From Tubiluchus corallicola (lineage: Eukaryota; Animalia; Priapulida), in contig JAQGDQ010001099.1 of the NCBI GenBank assembly GCA_030141605.1, forward strand, positions 1 through 62,784: a DNA stretch of 62,784 nt, in the 5' to 3' direction. The stretch's first letter is position 1. Each line of letters begins with the position of its first letter. Position numbers and translations under genes: made by a program. Shown here in pieces: positions 45,501-61,000 of this stretch. The notes under the pieces were generated by a model. That model made no database searches. It saw only the letters and a program-made list of their open reading frames with translations, and was not told where the DNA came from.

Positions 45501-48500
45501 AGGATCTACAGAGCAGACCTTCCCTTTTATAAGCTCAGGTGTGCGTGTGACTAGTGGCTTTTACTAACACAAGGTCAGAATACGAGTCTGTGCTAGATAA
45601 AGCCACGTTCACATGCACACCCGAGCAGTCTACTGTATTCCCCTGCCAGCATTACATTTCATTTCATCACAGCCCTGTAGTACAAGATGTTTTTATACAT
45701 TTGCCATTTCTCGGCCGTGCATTAAACGGACGCTAAATTTCTTCACAATGCATTAAACAGGTGGTCGCCGTGGAGACGGAGAAGGTGAGCAAAGAGAAGG
45801 CAATCGCCGACGAGGAGGAGAAGAAGGTTGCCATCATCAACGAGGAGGTGGCCAAGAGGCAGAAGGAGTGCGAACAGGAGCTAGCCCTTGCCGAACCTGC
45901 CCTTATTGCTGCCCAGGAGGCGTTGAACACTCTTAACAAGGTGCGCCTGTGGACGATGGAGTTTTTTTATTTCAATTTTTTTTTGATTGTTTTTTTGTCT
46001 TGTTTCCTTCAGGACCGTAAGAGTTCATGAAAAACTGCAAGAGTTCATGAAAAACTGCAAGGGTTCATGAAAAACTGCAAGAGTTCATGAAAAACTGCAA
46101 GGGTTCATGAAAAACTGCAAGAGTTCATGAAAAACTGCAAGAGTTCATGAAAAACTGTGAGGGTTCATGAAAAACTGCAAGAGTTCATGAAAAACTGCAA
46201 GAGTTCATGAAAAACTGCAAGGGTTCATGAAAAACTGCAAGAGTTCATGAAAAACTGCAAGGGTTCATGAAAAACTGCAAGGGTTCATGAAAAACTGCAA
46301 GAGTTCATGAAAAACTGCAAGGGTTCATGAAAAACTGCAAGAGTTCATGAAAAACTGCAAGGGTTCATGAAAAACTGCAAGGGTTCATGAAAAACTGCAA
46401 GAGTTCATGAAAAACTGCAAGGGTTCATGAAAAACTGCAAGAGTTCATGAAAAACTGCAAGAGTTCATGAAAAACTGCAAGGGTTCATGAAAAACTGCAA
46501 GAGTTCATGAAAAACTGCAAGAGTTCATGAAAAACTGCAAGAGTTCATGAAAAACTGCAAGGGTTCATGAAAAACTGCAAGAGTTCATGAAAAACTGCAA
46601 GAGTTCATGAAAAACTGCAAGGGTTCATGAAAAACTGCAAGAGTTCATGAAAAACTGTAAGGGTTCATGAAAAACTGCAAGGGTTCATGGAAAACTGCAA
46701 GAGTTCATGAAAAACTGCAAGAGTTCATGAAAACTGCAAGGGTTCATGAAAACTGCAAGGGTTCATGAAAAACTGCAAGAGTTCATGAAAACTGCAAGGG
46801 TTCATGAAAAACTGCAAGAGTTCATGAAAAACTGTAAGGGTTCATGAAAAACTGCAAGAGTTCATGAAAACTGCAAGGGTTCATGAAAAACTGCAAGAGT
46901 TCATGAAAAACTGCAAGGGTTCATGAAAAACTGCAAGAGTTCATGGAAAACTGCAAGAGTTCATGAGAAACTGCAAGAGTTCATGAAAAACTGCAAGAGT
47001 TCATGAAAAACTGCAAGAGTTCATGAAAACTGCAAGGGTTCATGAAAACTGCAAGGGTTCATGAAAAACTGCAAGAGTTCATGAAAAACTGCAAGGGTTC
47101 ATGAAAAACTGCAAGAGTTCATGAAAAACTGCAAGAGTTCATGAGAAACTGTAAGGGTTCATGAGAAACTGCAAGAGTTCATGAAAAACTGCAAGGGTTC
47201 ATGAAAAACTGCAAGGGTTCATGAAAAACTGCAAGGGTTCGTGAAAAACTGCTCTCACACTAAGCAGCAATTATATTATATTTGATAATTTTTGTAGGTT
47301 TCTACTCCTTACACAATGGATTTTCATGCAAAATTATCAATGAAATACGTTTGCTTACCTTAGACAAATTAAAAATCAATTTTTCACGGAAAAAAATGCA
47401 CAAAGCTTTCAATAACTGCAGTGTTTGCACTGTAACATTGTACAGTATTACTCCTGTGAAATCGGCAAATGTAGAAAATTTCAACTATCCAGACACAACA
47501 CTCTGATAAACTTTGGTCTCAAGTCTACTATTCTTAGAGAGAAATTCCTGTTAAAAGATGAAGCTACCTTAATTTGTCCTTGGCTGATCGGTTGGTTTTT
47601 TCCTGGAATAGCAGCAGAACACTGCTCAGCTTGGACTGTAGCAAACAGGTGATTAATAAATTAGTGTGTACGATCACGTAAGTGTACACCAGGCTAAGCT
47701 ACTCAATAGGCTAAGTTGGAGTGGCTGAAAAGGGCATGTTTTTCTTAATGTTATTCAATTAAATCACCTACAAATGTTTAAACAAATAGCATGATTGGAT
47801 AGCCAAGATTCTCCTGAATAGAACAGTACCTAATTTGTAATCATTTAGTCATGTCTGGGCTCATACAGTAGCAGAAAAGTCACAGTTCTTTTAAGAACAA
47901 TTTTGAGTGATGCGGTCCTGAAAGAGTTAAAAAGAGCTCGACACAAATGACATTTCTCACCCCAGTCAGCCATAAAAAGAATTCCAATTCAGAGTGTATC
48001 AATCAAAGTGTTCAGTATGTGCAACGGCCGTAAATATTCCTTAAGGCAATAAAAGGCGTTCGAATTGAAAATTTTCACCGATGCTCAATCTTGAAGATTT
48101 CTCCTGAAATAAATTTTTGTTCTGAATGCATTTGTAATAAACCTGAATTAAACCTTTTCTCATTGGTGTCTAATACGGTTGACATAAATACTTTTCATTG
48201 ATCTGTCCAAAAATTCTTTTTGGGTTTAATTTTGACTTCCCACAATCACAACTTTCAACTCACCCCTGGTAGCGGCAATTGTAAAGCCGCCATATCGGTT
48301 GGGATTGGATCGGATCGGCCAATTGGTAAAAGTATTCGGATCGGATTAGAACACAAGTTTCCATGGTAACATCCGGCACATCCCTGGTAACTGGCCAGGT
48401 GCGATACGGCACGTGAAATTACTCGAAAACAGTTTTTGCCACAATCACCAATCCATTTACTCATTAGAGTTGATGTTGCTCGACTTCTCTCACTGACTAA

Positions 48501-50833
48501 ATGTCACGATCACTCGGTTATTCACAATGCAGTAAAATTATTTGCCATTTCTTGTTCCAGAACAATCTGACAGAACTGAAGTCATTCGGCACTCCGCCGC
48601 CCATCGTCGTCAGCGTCGCCGCTGCCGTCATGTGCCTGCTCGCTCCGAACGGAAGAGTGCCGCGCGACAGAAGCTGGAAAAATGCCAAACTGATGATGCA
48701 AAGGGTATGTAACGCGTTGTTACATGTTTTACGAAGACTAACGTGGTAATCAGTGTAATTGCTGAGGTAACTCACATCTCGGTTTGCCGGAGTAAAGTGG
48801 GGAGAAAAATATTCCACAAATATTTAACAGGAAAGATATTCCACGAGCGTGTTGCGCGTGTTTGCGAAAGCGAAAATTGAAGTACAGTGCTACTGTAAGA
48901 TATTCAGTGTGTTGTACTGAAACTAGGCAAGTTTTAAGATAAAAATTCAAATTTCAAGTTTAACCCCATTCGGCTCGTGCAACGAAAAATGGCGGTTCTT
49001 CAAATTTAATACTGCTAACAACAGAATTATAAAAAATAAAATAAGTTTTACAGTAAGTTTATAATAAAATAAATTGAATATTCGTATGAGAGTAGGATTT
49101 TAAGTTGTAAAAGCTTACATGTGTGCTTGCATATCAAAATCACCCATAAGTTGGCAATTAAGTTTTTCTAGTTTTTTTCTAGAATCTTCATTTCATGAGG
49201 ATCATTTTGATACCAAGTTCATCACTCTATGTTATTTCTAAGCTGAGATAATCCACATTGAAATTGAGGTGCAGGCTGCACATTGAAAAACATGATCTTG
49301 AGAAAATCATTGTTAAAGTCAGCCATTGTTTTTTGTCGCGTCTTTACAAAACACTTAGTAACCGTGCAACAAATATTGGTTGCTATGGACTTTGTAAGAA
49401 CACATTGATGTTATGTTTAAATGCTGTAGATGTCTCTTCCTGACAAAAAATCCGAAGCAAAATGGCTGCTTCCACGAGCTTCTATCAGAGTTTGAAAATA
49501 CAAGTTTTTTTACAATTGCTGTACTAGTTTCTACTCTGAAAAGTGAGTATGAGATTATAAGATTAAATTTTTAGTATTTTTTGGACATTTTCTTGACAAT
49601 TTGATGCTAGAATATAAAAGTCCAATATATTTAGCATTTATTTTTGTAAAAAACAAAAAATTGACATTTCAGCAAATTTTTGGTGCATTCAACTTTGAAG
49701 CGTCATAACATAGTTTTAATTAAGCCGACTTGTGGACGGTTTTGGTTTGCAAGCAGACATTATAGCGAAGGTGTCAGTTTGACACTAAATTTACCGATGA
49801 TGCGTAAGAGGCTTTTTGTGCTAAACAATAACGATGTGCATTGTTTCATGACAGTGCTAAACAATAACGATGTGCATTGTTTCATGACAGTTCTAAACAA
49901 TAACGATGTGCATTGTTTCATGACAGTGCTAAACAATAACGATGTGCATTGTTTCATGACAGTGCTAAACAATAACGATGTGCATTGTTTCATGACAGTG
50001 CTAAACAATAACGATGTGCATTGTTTCATGACAGTGCTAAACAATAACGATGTGCATTGTTTCATGACAGTGCTAAACAATAACGATGTGCATTGTTTCA
50101 TGACAGTGCTAAACAATAACGATGTGCATTGTTTCACGACAGTGCTAAACAATAACGATGAGCATTGTTTCACGACAGTGCTAAATGATAACAATGTGCA
50201 TTGTTTCACGACAGCGCTAAACGATAACAATATGCACTGTTTCACGACAGCGCTAAACAATAACAATGTGCACTGTTTCACGGCAGTGCTAAACAATAAC
50301 AATGTGCATTGTTTCACGACAGTGCTAAACGATAACAATATGCACTGTTTCACGACAGCGCTAAACAATAACAATATGCACTGTTTCACGACAGCGCTAA
50401 ACAATAACAATGTGCACTGTTTCACGGCAGTGCTAAATAATGTGCAATGTTTCATGATACAATTTTATCTAATGATTGCTAGGTTGATTTTTTTCTGGAT
50501 CAGCTAATTAACTACGACAAAGAAAACATACCCGAGAGTAGCCTAAAAGCTGTAAACGAGTACTTGGCCCTTCCTGGCTTCAAGCCGGAGATCGTCCTGA
50601 CGAAATCGTTTGCCGCAGGAGGTAAAGAGTTTTCGTTTCACGTTCCGCTTGCTAAAAATCCGTTTTTGTTTTCGCGAAACCGCCCGAAATTTAGGTGGAC
50701 GGATTTCTGGACCAGCTGATCACCTACGACAAGGAGAACATCCACGAGAACTGTCTGAAGGCGGTGGCGGCGTACATTGCCGATCCGGACTTCAATCCCG
50801 AATTCGTCTCCGGGAAGTCGTTCGCTGCAGGAG
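33318..50833 (+). CDS. DNAH9/11/17-like: Axonemal dynein heavy chain fragment, copy 3 (AAA4 to MTBD), partial
   Basis: Exons 33318-33511, 36538-36700, 37583-37738, 38166-38276, 39135-39296, 41453-41629, 43206-43343, 45761-45940, 48561-48704, then 50483-50621 or 50695-50833. Confidence 0.93.
36538..36700 (+). CDS. Dynein AAA4 P-loop exon [27 protein letters not shown]...PDLK; copy at 26120-26282(-)
   Basis: Walker [10 protein letters not shown]; aag|A ... AAG|gtttgc, 163 nt. Confidence 0.95.
37583..37738 (+). CDS. Dynein exon [11 protein letters not shown]...[12 protein letters not shown]; copy at 25085-25240(-)
   Basis: tttag|GCC ... GAG|gcgagt (GC donor), 156 nt. Confidence 0.88.
38166..38276 (+). 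CDS. Dynein exon [12 protein letters not shown]...RVRRMLK; copy at 24547-24657(-)
   Basis: tttag|ATA ... AAG|gtactc, 111 nt. Confidence 0.9.
39135..39296 (+). CDS. Dynein exon VVLCFSPVG...[11 protein letters not shown]...EILS; copy at 23527-23688(-)
   Basis: attag|GTT ... TCG|gtaagt, 162 nt. Confidence 0.93.
41453..41629 (+). CDS. Dynein exon [10 protein letters not shown]...[11 protein letters not shown]...NELM; copy at 21194-21370(-)
   Basis: tgcag|CCG ... ATG|gtgagt, 177 nt. Confidence 0.92.
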
Positions 50834-51279
50834 GTACTCGAGCCGACTTTCTCTAGAAATGACTGCACCTAATCACTTCATCGTCATCAACATCATCATT
50901 ATCATCGTCATCAACAACAACATCTTCCTTATCGTTTTCTCGCATCTGTTTGCTTTGCTTCATTTAATGTTTTTTGTTGTTCTTGTTGTTGTTGTTGTTG
51001 TTGTTGTTTATATCAGTAATTTAGTCTTATCCATGTTGATCGAAGCTTGTAGGTTAATTTCTTCTGCCGCGCTCATAGCACTGCAATGCATTGTTAATTT
51101 GCAATTGCATAACTTGTATTTTGTTCTAGTGTGTCAATTGGATGAATAAATATATCTAAACCACCATCGTTGTCATCATCATCATCATCATCATCATCAT
51201 CAACAACAACAACAACAACAACAACATCAGCATCATTATCATCATCATCATCATCATCTCCATCATCATCATCATCATC

Positions 51280-51325
<46 letters not shown>

Positions 51326-51356
51326 TCAAAACAACAACATCATCATCATCAGCATC

Positions 51357-51403
<47 letters not shown>

Positions 51404-51873
51404 CGTCATCATCATCTCCATCATCATCATCATCAACAACAACAACATCATTATCATCATCAGCATCATTATCATCTTCTCACATTAGTTTTCTTTGGTC
51501 CAATTAACGTATTTGTTTATTTGTTGTTGTTGTTTATGTCATCATAGCACTGCAATGCATTGTTAATTCGTAATCGTATAACTCGTATTTTGTTACATTG
51601 TGCTAAATGGATGAATAAATCTAAATCACCATTGTCATCATCATCATCATAGACACTTTTCTACTAGAATCCCAGCGACACACTGGCATTAACACGTTAC
51701 CTGTAGACACATGGCATTAACACGTTACCTGTAGACACACTGGCATTAACACGTTACCTGTAGACACACTGGCATTAACACGTTACCTGTAGACACACTG
51801 GCATTAACACGTTACCTGTAGACACACTGGCATTAACACGTTACCTGTAGACACACTGGCATTAACACGTTAC

Positions 51874-52016
51874 CTGTAGATGTTTCTTGATGCTGGCCAG
51901 TTTCTCCTGCGCTGCTGTCAACTCGTCGTTCGCCTGCTGAAGAGCGATTCTCTTCGGTTCCACTTCGCAGTAGACGTCGTAAAATTTGACGATGTTTATC
52001 ACCCACGAACAAAGAC
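51874..52016 (-). CDS. Dynein exon GLCSWVINI...KKHLQ, in the right inner spacer
   Basis: Reverse complement of 10780-10922. Confidence 0.92.
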
Positions 52017-55000
52017 CTAAACAGCCAGCATTCGTAAGTCGGACAGCGGTCAGAACAACGGGGCGATGCGCGGCGAAACTGTCATTTTATCGTTAACAGC
52101 TTTGAACAAAAAATCGTTAAGATTACGGCTTCCAATGTGCACAAGCACAAATACACTAACTGATAAGCATGTTTTTTAATATAGTTTTGTGTTCTTTTCT
52201 AAATACAGTCAACCTCGGATATAAGGGACACCTCAGGACCGAAAAAAACCGTCCCTTATATCCGATGTCCCTTATAGCCGAAGTTTAGTCAGACCGAGGG
52301 TGTATCTAGACCTGTACTTTTCTGTACTTTTACCCATATTTTTATGGATTATTGCTACACATTCAGTACAAAAGGTAAGTAGGAAGCTCCTTCAGTGATG
52401 CGAGATGTACGTGACCACGGAAACCGAGCTGTTCGAATGCGGAATTTGCGAAAAATTGATGTTAAAAATCGATCAATTTCGCTTTGGTCATAGGGTTCCT
52501 TATATGCGAGGTAATTTACCTGGGTTTCTATTTCGCGGGACCTGAAGATATCGTCCCTTACAACCGAGTACCTTATATACAAAGACTTTTACATACGAAA
52601 AATGTTACGAAAAATCGGGATCTGTCAATGTGGTCCCTTATAAGCGAAACTCCTTATATTTGAGTACCTTATATACAAAGACTTTTACATAGGAAAAATG
52701 TTACGAAAAATCGGGATCTGTCGATGTGGTCCCTTCTAAGCGAGCGTCCCTTATAAACGAGTACATTATACCAGAGGTTGATTGACTGTAAATGTTTTTA
52801 TGTGCCTGTAAAAAACGTTTACATAAAAAACAAAATCCCGTTTGGTTAGCAACTACTCAAGCTCATGGTAGCAAGGAGGCAATATAAGCATGCAGAAGAA
52901 AAGAGAGTATTGATCGTGAAGCGTCCTAGTAAGATGTGCAAAGACAGGCAGCCGAAGAGAGGAAAGTCGATGCATAGAAATCATCACAAAATCATATACA
53001 GTCAACCTCGGGTATAAGGTATTCGCTTATAAAGGACCACCAACACCGGTCCCGATTGTTCGTAACGTTTTTCCTTATAAAAATCTTCGTATATAAGGTA
53101 CTCGGATATAAGGGACCACCAACACTGGTCCCAATTTTTCGTATTGTTGTATATAAGATACTCGGATGTAAGGGACTTTCGGTTCTAAGGGATGATATCT
53201 TCAGGTCCCGCGTAATAGAAACCCAGCTAATTTACCTCGCATATAAGGGAGCCTATGATCAATGTGAAATTGATCGATTTTTAACCTCAATTTTTGGCAA
53301 ACTCGGCCTTCGAACAGCTCGGTTTCCGCGGTCACATACATCTCGCATCACTGAAGGAGCTTCCTACATGCCGTTTGCACTGAATGTGTAGCAATAATCC
53401 ATAGAAATATGGGTAAAAGTACAGGTCTAGATACACGCTCGGTCTGACTCAACTTCGGCTATAAGGGACGTCGGATATAAAGGACGGTTTTTTCCGGTCC
53501 GGAGGTGTCCCTTATATCCGAGGTTGACTGTTTACAGTCAGTTGACATGGTTGACAATGTAACTTAAGAGAATTCTAGAGACATCCATCATGAAAACCCC
53601 CGTAATGTGGAATCATTTGTAATTTGAAAGTATAACATGGTGGGATATATAAGTAAATAACTTTAGTGCAGAGTAATGGTGTAAAATGTCAGGTATAGCT
53701 TGAAGTACAGGTATGTAGTGTGAGATGTAGGAGAGACAGAGAGAGGCGTGGGGAACACAGAGTGAGGTGTAATATAGAAAGGAATGCATTGTGGATTGAA
53801 AAGAGAGAGGCGTGGGGAACACAGAGTGAGGTGTAATATAGAAAGGAATGCATTGTGGATTGAAAAAATATAGGTTATAAAGTTGTGAGCACACAGACAT
53901 AACATTCAGGAAAAAGCTGGATCACGTATCTCCGGCTGTGAAGCGTGGTAAACAAAGTGAGGCGTGGGGAACACAATGTGAAGTGCGGCACGTGCGGTGT
54001 GAGATGTGGTATACGCAATGTGAGGTGTAATACAGATTGAAATGAGTCGTGGATTGCAAAGGTAGGGGACATGAATTTGTGAGCTTACGGACGTGGGAAT
54101 AATTCCTGGAAAAGCCTGGATCAAGTATCTCACGCTGTGAAATGTGGGGAACTCAGTGAGGTACGAGGCGTGGTGTACGCAATGTGAGGCGTAATACAAG
54201 GCGTGAGTTGCGGAGTATAGAGGTTTTGGACACAAAGTTGTGCTTTCAGGGATGCAGTGAATAGGTGCAGTATGGCGACCCCGCATAGGGAAAAGCTGGG
54301 AAGAAGAAGAAGAAGTGAATAGGTGCAGTCATTTCTAGAGAAAGTCGGCCTGAGTACCTCCCGCAGCGAACGACTTCCCGGAGACGAATTCGGGATTGAA
54401 GTCCGGATCGGCAATGTACGCCGCCACCGCCTTCAGACAGTTCTCGTGGATGTTCTCCTTGTCGTAGGTGATCAGCTGGTCCAGAAATCCGTCCACCTAA
54501 ATTTCGGGCGGTTTCGCGAAAACAAAAACGGATTTTTAGCAAGCGGAACGTGAAACGAAAACTCTTTACCTCCTGCGGCAAACGATTTCGTCAGGACGAT
54601 CTCCGGCTTGAAGCCAGGAAGGGCCAAGTACTCGTTTACAGCTTTTAGGCTACTCTCGGGTATGTTTTCTTTGTCGTAGTTAATTAGCTGATCCAGAAAA
54701 AAATCAACCTAGCAATCATTAGATAAAATTGTATCATGAAACATTGCACATTATTTAGCACTGCCGTGAAACAGTGCATATTGTTATTGTTTAGCGCTGT
54801 CGTGAAACAGTGCATATTGTTATCGTTTAGCACTGTCGTGAAACAATGCACATTGTTATTGTTTAGCACTGCCGTGAAACAGTGCACATTGTTATTGTTT
54901 AGCGCTGTCGTGAAACAGTGCATATTGTTATCGTTTAGCGCTGTCGTGAAACAATGCACATTGTTATCATTTAGCACTGTCGTGAAACAATGCTCATCGT

Positions 55001-58000
55001 TATTGTTTAGCACTGTCGTGAAACAATGCACATCGTTATTGTTTAGCACTGTCGTGAAACAATGCACATCGTTATTGTTTAGCACTGTCATGAAACAATG
55101 CACATCGTTATTGTTTAGCACTGTCATGAAACAATGCACATCGTTATTGTTTAGCACTGTCATGAAACAATGCACATCGTTATTGTTTAGCACTGTCATG
55201 AAACAATGCTCATCGTTATTGTTTAGCACTGTCGTGAAACAATGCACATCGTTATTGTTTAGCACTGTCGTGAAACAATGCACATCGTTATTGTTTAGCA
55301 CTGTCGTGAAACAATGCACATCGTTATTGTTTAGCACTGTCATGAAACAATGCACATCGTTATTGTTTAGCACTGTCATGAAACAATGCACATCGTTATT
55401 GTTTAGCACTGTCATGAAACAATGCACATCGTTATTGTTTAGAACTGTCATGAAACAATGCACATCGTTATTGTTTAGCACTGTCATGAAACAATGCACA
55501 TCGTTATTGTTTAGCACAAAAAGCCTCTTACGCATCATCGGTAAATTTAGTGTCAAACTGACACCTTCGCTATAATGTCTGCTTGCAAACCAAAACCGTC
55601 CACAAGTCGGCTTAATTAAAACTATGTTATGACGCTTCAAAGTTGAATGCACCAAAAATTTGCTGAAATGTCAATTTTTTGTTTTTTACAAAAATAAATG
55701 CTAAATATATTGGACTTTTATATTCTAGCATCAAATTGTCAAGAAAATGTCCAAAAAATACTAAAAATTTAATCTTATAATCTCATACTCACTTTTCAGA
55801 GTAGAAACTAGTACAGCAATTGTAAAAAAACTTGTATTTTCAAACTCTGATAGAAGCTCGTGGAAGCAGCCATTTTGCTTCGGATTTTTTGTCAGGAAGA
55901 GACATCTACAGCATTTAAACATAACATCAATGTGTTCTTACAAAGTCCATAGCAACCAATATTTGTTGCACGGTTACTAAGTGTTTTGTAAAGACGCGAC
56001 AAAAAACAATGGCTGACTTTAACAATGATTTTCTCAAGATCATGTTTTTCAATGTGCAGCCTGCACCTCAACTTCAACGTGGATTATCTCAGGTTACAAA
56101 TAACATAGAGTGATGAACTTGGTATCAAAATGATCCTCATGAAATGAAGATTCTAGAAAAAAACTAGAAAAACTTAATTGCCAACTTATGGGTGATTTTG
56201 ATATGCAAGCACACATGCAGGCTTATACAAGTTAGAATCCTACTCTCATACGAATATTCAATTTATTTTATTATAAACTTACTGTAAAACTTATTTTATT
56301 TTTTATAATTCTGTTGTTAGCAGTATTAAACTTGAAGAACCGCCATTTTTCGTTGCACGAGCCGAATGGGGTTAAACTTGAAATTTGAATTTTTATCTTA
56401 AAACTTGCCTAGTTTTAGTACAACGCGCTGAATATCTTACAGTAACACTGTACTTCGATTTTCGCTTTCGTAAACACATGCAACACGCTCGTGGAATATC
56501 TTTCCTGTTGAATATTTGTGAAACATTTTTCTCCCCACTTTAGTCCGGCAAACCGAGATGTGAGTTACCTCAGTAATTACACTGATTACCTCATTAGTCT
56601 TCGTAAAACATGTAACAACACGTTACATACCCTTTGCATCATCAGTTTGGCATTTTTCCAGCTTCTGTCGCGCGGCACTCTTCCGTTCGGAGCGAGTAGG
56701 CACATGACGGCAGCGGCGACGCTGACGACGATGGGCGGCGGAGTGCCGAATGACTTCAGTTCTGTCAGATTGTTCTGGAACAAGAAATGGCAAATAATTT
56801 TACTGCATTGTGAATAACCGAGTGATCGTGATATTTATTCAGTGAGAGAAGTCGAGCAACATCAAGTCTAATGAGTAAATGGATTGGTGATTGTGGCAAA
56901 AACTGTTTTCGAGTAATTTCACGTGCCGTATCGCACCTGGCCAGTTACCAGGGATGTGCCGGATGTTACCATGGAAACTTGTGTTCTAATCCGATCCGAA
57001 TACTTTTACCAATTGGCCGATCCGATCCAATCCCAACCGATATGGCGGCTTTACAATTGCCGCTACCAGGGGTGAGTTGAAAGTTGTGATTGTGGGAAGT
57101 CAAAATTAAACCCAAAAAGAATTTTTGGACAGATCAATGAAAAGTATTTATGTCAACCGTATTAGACACCAACGAGAAAAGGTTTAATTCAGGTTTATTA
57201 CAAATGCATTCAGAACAAAAATTTATTTCAGGAGAAATCTTCGAGATCGAGCATCGGTGAAAATTTTCAATTCGAACGCCTTTTATTGCCTTAAGGAATA
57301 TTTACGGCCGTTGCACATACTGAACACTTTGATTGATACACTCTGCATTGGAATTCTTATTATGGCTGACTGGGGTGAGAAATGTCATTTGTGTCGAGCT
57401 CTTTTTAACTCGTTCAGGACCGCACCGTTCAAAATTGTTCTTAAAAGATTAGGACTTTTCTGCTACTGTATGAGCCCAGACATAACTAAATGATTACAAA
57501 TTATGTAACTGTTCTATTCAGGAGAATCTTGGCTATCCAATCCTGCTATTTGTTTAAACATTTATAAGTGATTTTATTGAATAACATTAAGAAAAAAACG
57601 CCCTCTTCAAGCACTCCAACTTAGCCTATCGAGTAGCTTAGTCTGGTGTCCACTTGCGTGATTAGCTAGCCTATCGAGTAGCTTAGTCTGGTGTCCACTT
57701 GCTTGATTAGCTAGTCTATTGAGTAGCTTAGTCTGGTGTACACTTGCTTGATTAGCTAGTCTATTGAGTACCTTAGCCTGGTGTACACTTGCGTGATCGT
57801 ACACACTATTTTATTGATCACCTGCTTGCTACAGACCAAGCTGTGCAGTGTTCTGCTATTATTTTAGGAAAAACCAAGAGATTGGGCAAGGACAAATTAA
57901 CGTCGTTTCATCTTTTAACAGGAATTTCTCCTTAAAAATACAGTAGATTTGAGGCTAAAGTGAATCAGAGTGTTGTGTCTGGATAGTTGAAATTTTCTAC

Positions 58001-61000
58001 ATTTGCCGATTTCACAGGAGTGATACTGTACATTGTTACAGTGCAAACATTGCAGTTATTGAAAGCTTTGTGCATTTTTTTCCGTGAAAAATTGATTTTT
58101 AATTTGTCTAAGGTGAGCAAACGTATTTCATTGATAATTTTGCATGAAAATCCATTGTGTGAGGAGTAGAAACCTACAAAAATTATCAAATATAACGTAA
58201 TCGCTGCTTAGTGAGAGCAGATTCTCATGAACCCTTGCAGTTTTTCATGAACTCTTGCAGTTTCTCATGAACCCTTACAGTTTCTCATGAACTCTTGCAG
58301 TTTTTCATGAACTCTTGCAGTTTTTCATGAACTCTTGCAGTTTTTCATGAACTCTTGCAGTTTTTCATGAACTCTTGCAGTTTTTCATGAACTCTTGCAG
58401 TTTTTCATGAACCCTTGCAGTTTTTCATGAACCCTTGCAGTTTTTCATGAACCCTTGCAGTTTTTCATGAACTCTTGCAGTTTTTCATGAACTCTTGCAG
58501 TTTCTCATGAACTCTTGCAGTTTTCCATGAACTCTTGCAGTTTTTCATGAACCCTTGCAGTTTTTCATGAACTCTTGCAGTTTTTCATGAACCCTTGCAG
58601 TTTTCATGAACTCTTGCAGTTTTTCATGAACCCTTACAGTTTTTCATGAACTCTTGCAGTTTTTCATGAACCCTTGCAGTTTTCATGAACTCTTGCAGTT
58701 TTTCATGAACCCTTGCAGTTTTCATGAACCCTTGCAGTTTTCATGAACTCTTGCAGTTTTTCATGAACTCTTGCAGTTTTCCATGAACCCTTGCAGTTTT
58801 TCATGAACCCTTACAGTTTTTCATGAACTCTTGCAGTTTTTCATGAACCCTTGCAGTTTTTCATGAACTCTTGCAGTTTTTCATGAACTCTTGCAGTTTT
58901 TCATGAACCCTTGCAGTTTTTCATGAACTCTTGCAGTTTTTCATGAACTCTTGCAGTTTTTCATGAACTCTTGCAGTTTTTCATGAACCCTTGCAGTTTT
59001 TCATGAACTCTTGCAGTTTTCCATGAACTCTTGCAGTTTTTCATGAACCCTTGCAGTTTTTCATGAACTCTTGCAGTTTTTCATGAACCCTTGCAGTTTT
59101 TCATGAACCCTTGCAGTTTTTCATGAACTCTTGCAGTTTTTCATGAACCCTTGCAGTTTTTCATGAACCCTTGCAGTTTTTCATGAACCCTTGCAGTTTT
59201 TCATGAACCCTTGCAGTTTTTCATGAACTCTTGCAGTTTTTCATGAACCCTTGCAGTTTTTCATGAACTCTTGCAGTTTTTCATGAACTCTTGCAGTTTT
59301 TCATGAACCCTCACAGTTTTTCATGAACTCTTGCAGTTTTTCATGAACTCTTGCAGTTTTTCATGAACCCTTGCAGTTTTTCATGAACTCTTGCAGTTTT
59401 TCATGAACCCTTGCAGTTTTTCATGAACTCTTGCAGTTTTTCATGAACTCTTACGGTCCTGAAGGAAACAAGACAAAAAAACAATCAAAAAAAAATTGAA
59501 ATAAAAAAACTCCATCGTCCACAGGCGCACCTTGTTAAGAGTGTTCAACGCCTCCTGGGCAGCAATAAGGGCAGGTTCGGCAAGGGCTAGCTCCTGTTCG
59601 CACTCCTTCTGCCTCTTGGCCACCTCCTCGTTGATGATGGCAACCTTCTTCTCCTCCTCGTCGGCGATTGCCTTCTCTTTGCTCACCTTCTCCGTCTCCA
59701 CGGCGACCACCTGTTTAATGCATTGTGAAGAAATTTAGCGTCCGTTTAATGCACGGCCGAGAAATGGCAAATGTATAAAAACATCTTGTACTACAGGGCT
59801 GTGATGAAATGAAATGTAATGCTGGCAGGGGAATACAGTAGACTGCTCGGGTGTGCATGTGAACGTGGCTTTATCTAGCACAGACTCGTATTCTGACCTT
59901 GTGTTAGTAAAAGCCACTAGTCACACGCACACCTGAGCTTATAAAAGGGAAGGTCTGCTCTGTAGATCCTTGTCAGTGGTCATGTCTTTCGTAGCATGTG
60001 CAGCTCTGTTCACATTTCTCAGGCTTTTCTCGCAAACTCTGTTCCTGTAGGTAAGCTGGTCGTTCCTTATTTAACGTGTAAAATTCAATAATAAATTGTC
60101 ATTTCGACTGACTCTATTATTCAATCTTTGTTTATGGGTGAAGCGTTGAATGACATAATTAAGACATGCTGCACGGTGTGGGCCGCGGTGCGATCCGTCC
60201 TGCCTCCGCTATGAGCGGATGGCAGTCCAATATAAACTAATTACAACTAAAAAGTTTTTTAGAATAGCTTCTATACAAATATGCTAATATACTGTTACGC
60301 GGGTAAAATGCAATTTATTTTCGACCCGCCTCTACGTTGTGATGGTTCGATCCAACATGAAGCTGTTGCATATCACCACTGTATGGCAGCTATGCGAATG
60401 GCTTCGTGAAGGATCAAACCATCTCAACGTAGAGGGGGGTCGAAAATAAACTGCATTTTGCCCCCGTTCAATCGGCAGACGGAGAGGAACGTTTACCACC
60501 TAAGCACCTGTTCCGTAGTCACGATCAGCATGAGGAAAAGGTTCTGGCTAGTTTTCATCTTAATTTTCTGTTTAAATTTTTACATTTCTTGCGTATTTTC
60601 TCATTTACAACATTTGTCTGCAACATGGCTGACCTAGATTTGAACCCTCGACCTCTTGGCCGCCTCCGCAACAGTATTATAGAAAGGTATGTACAAAATC
60701 TTACAAAATAGGTATAAAGTGATTTAAACACTTATTATGCAGCTATAAAAGGATGCATACATTGTATCTTGACACTAGGCGCAGGAGCTGCACAAGCAGC
60801 CAACGGCTAGAGGGCAGAGGAGGTCAAGTGACCCAACGGCCATGTGTAGAGGAGTAAACCTTCCAAATCAAGGCGGACCAGTGCAGCATGCTCACTGACT
60901 CCGGCAGCTCCTGCAGCCAACCTGGTGCCAAACGTATCGCTCCGCTTTCCTTTGGACTACACAAGAGAGGAAGAGAGGGGGTTCCTGCGGTCTGGGCAAC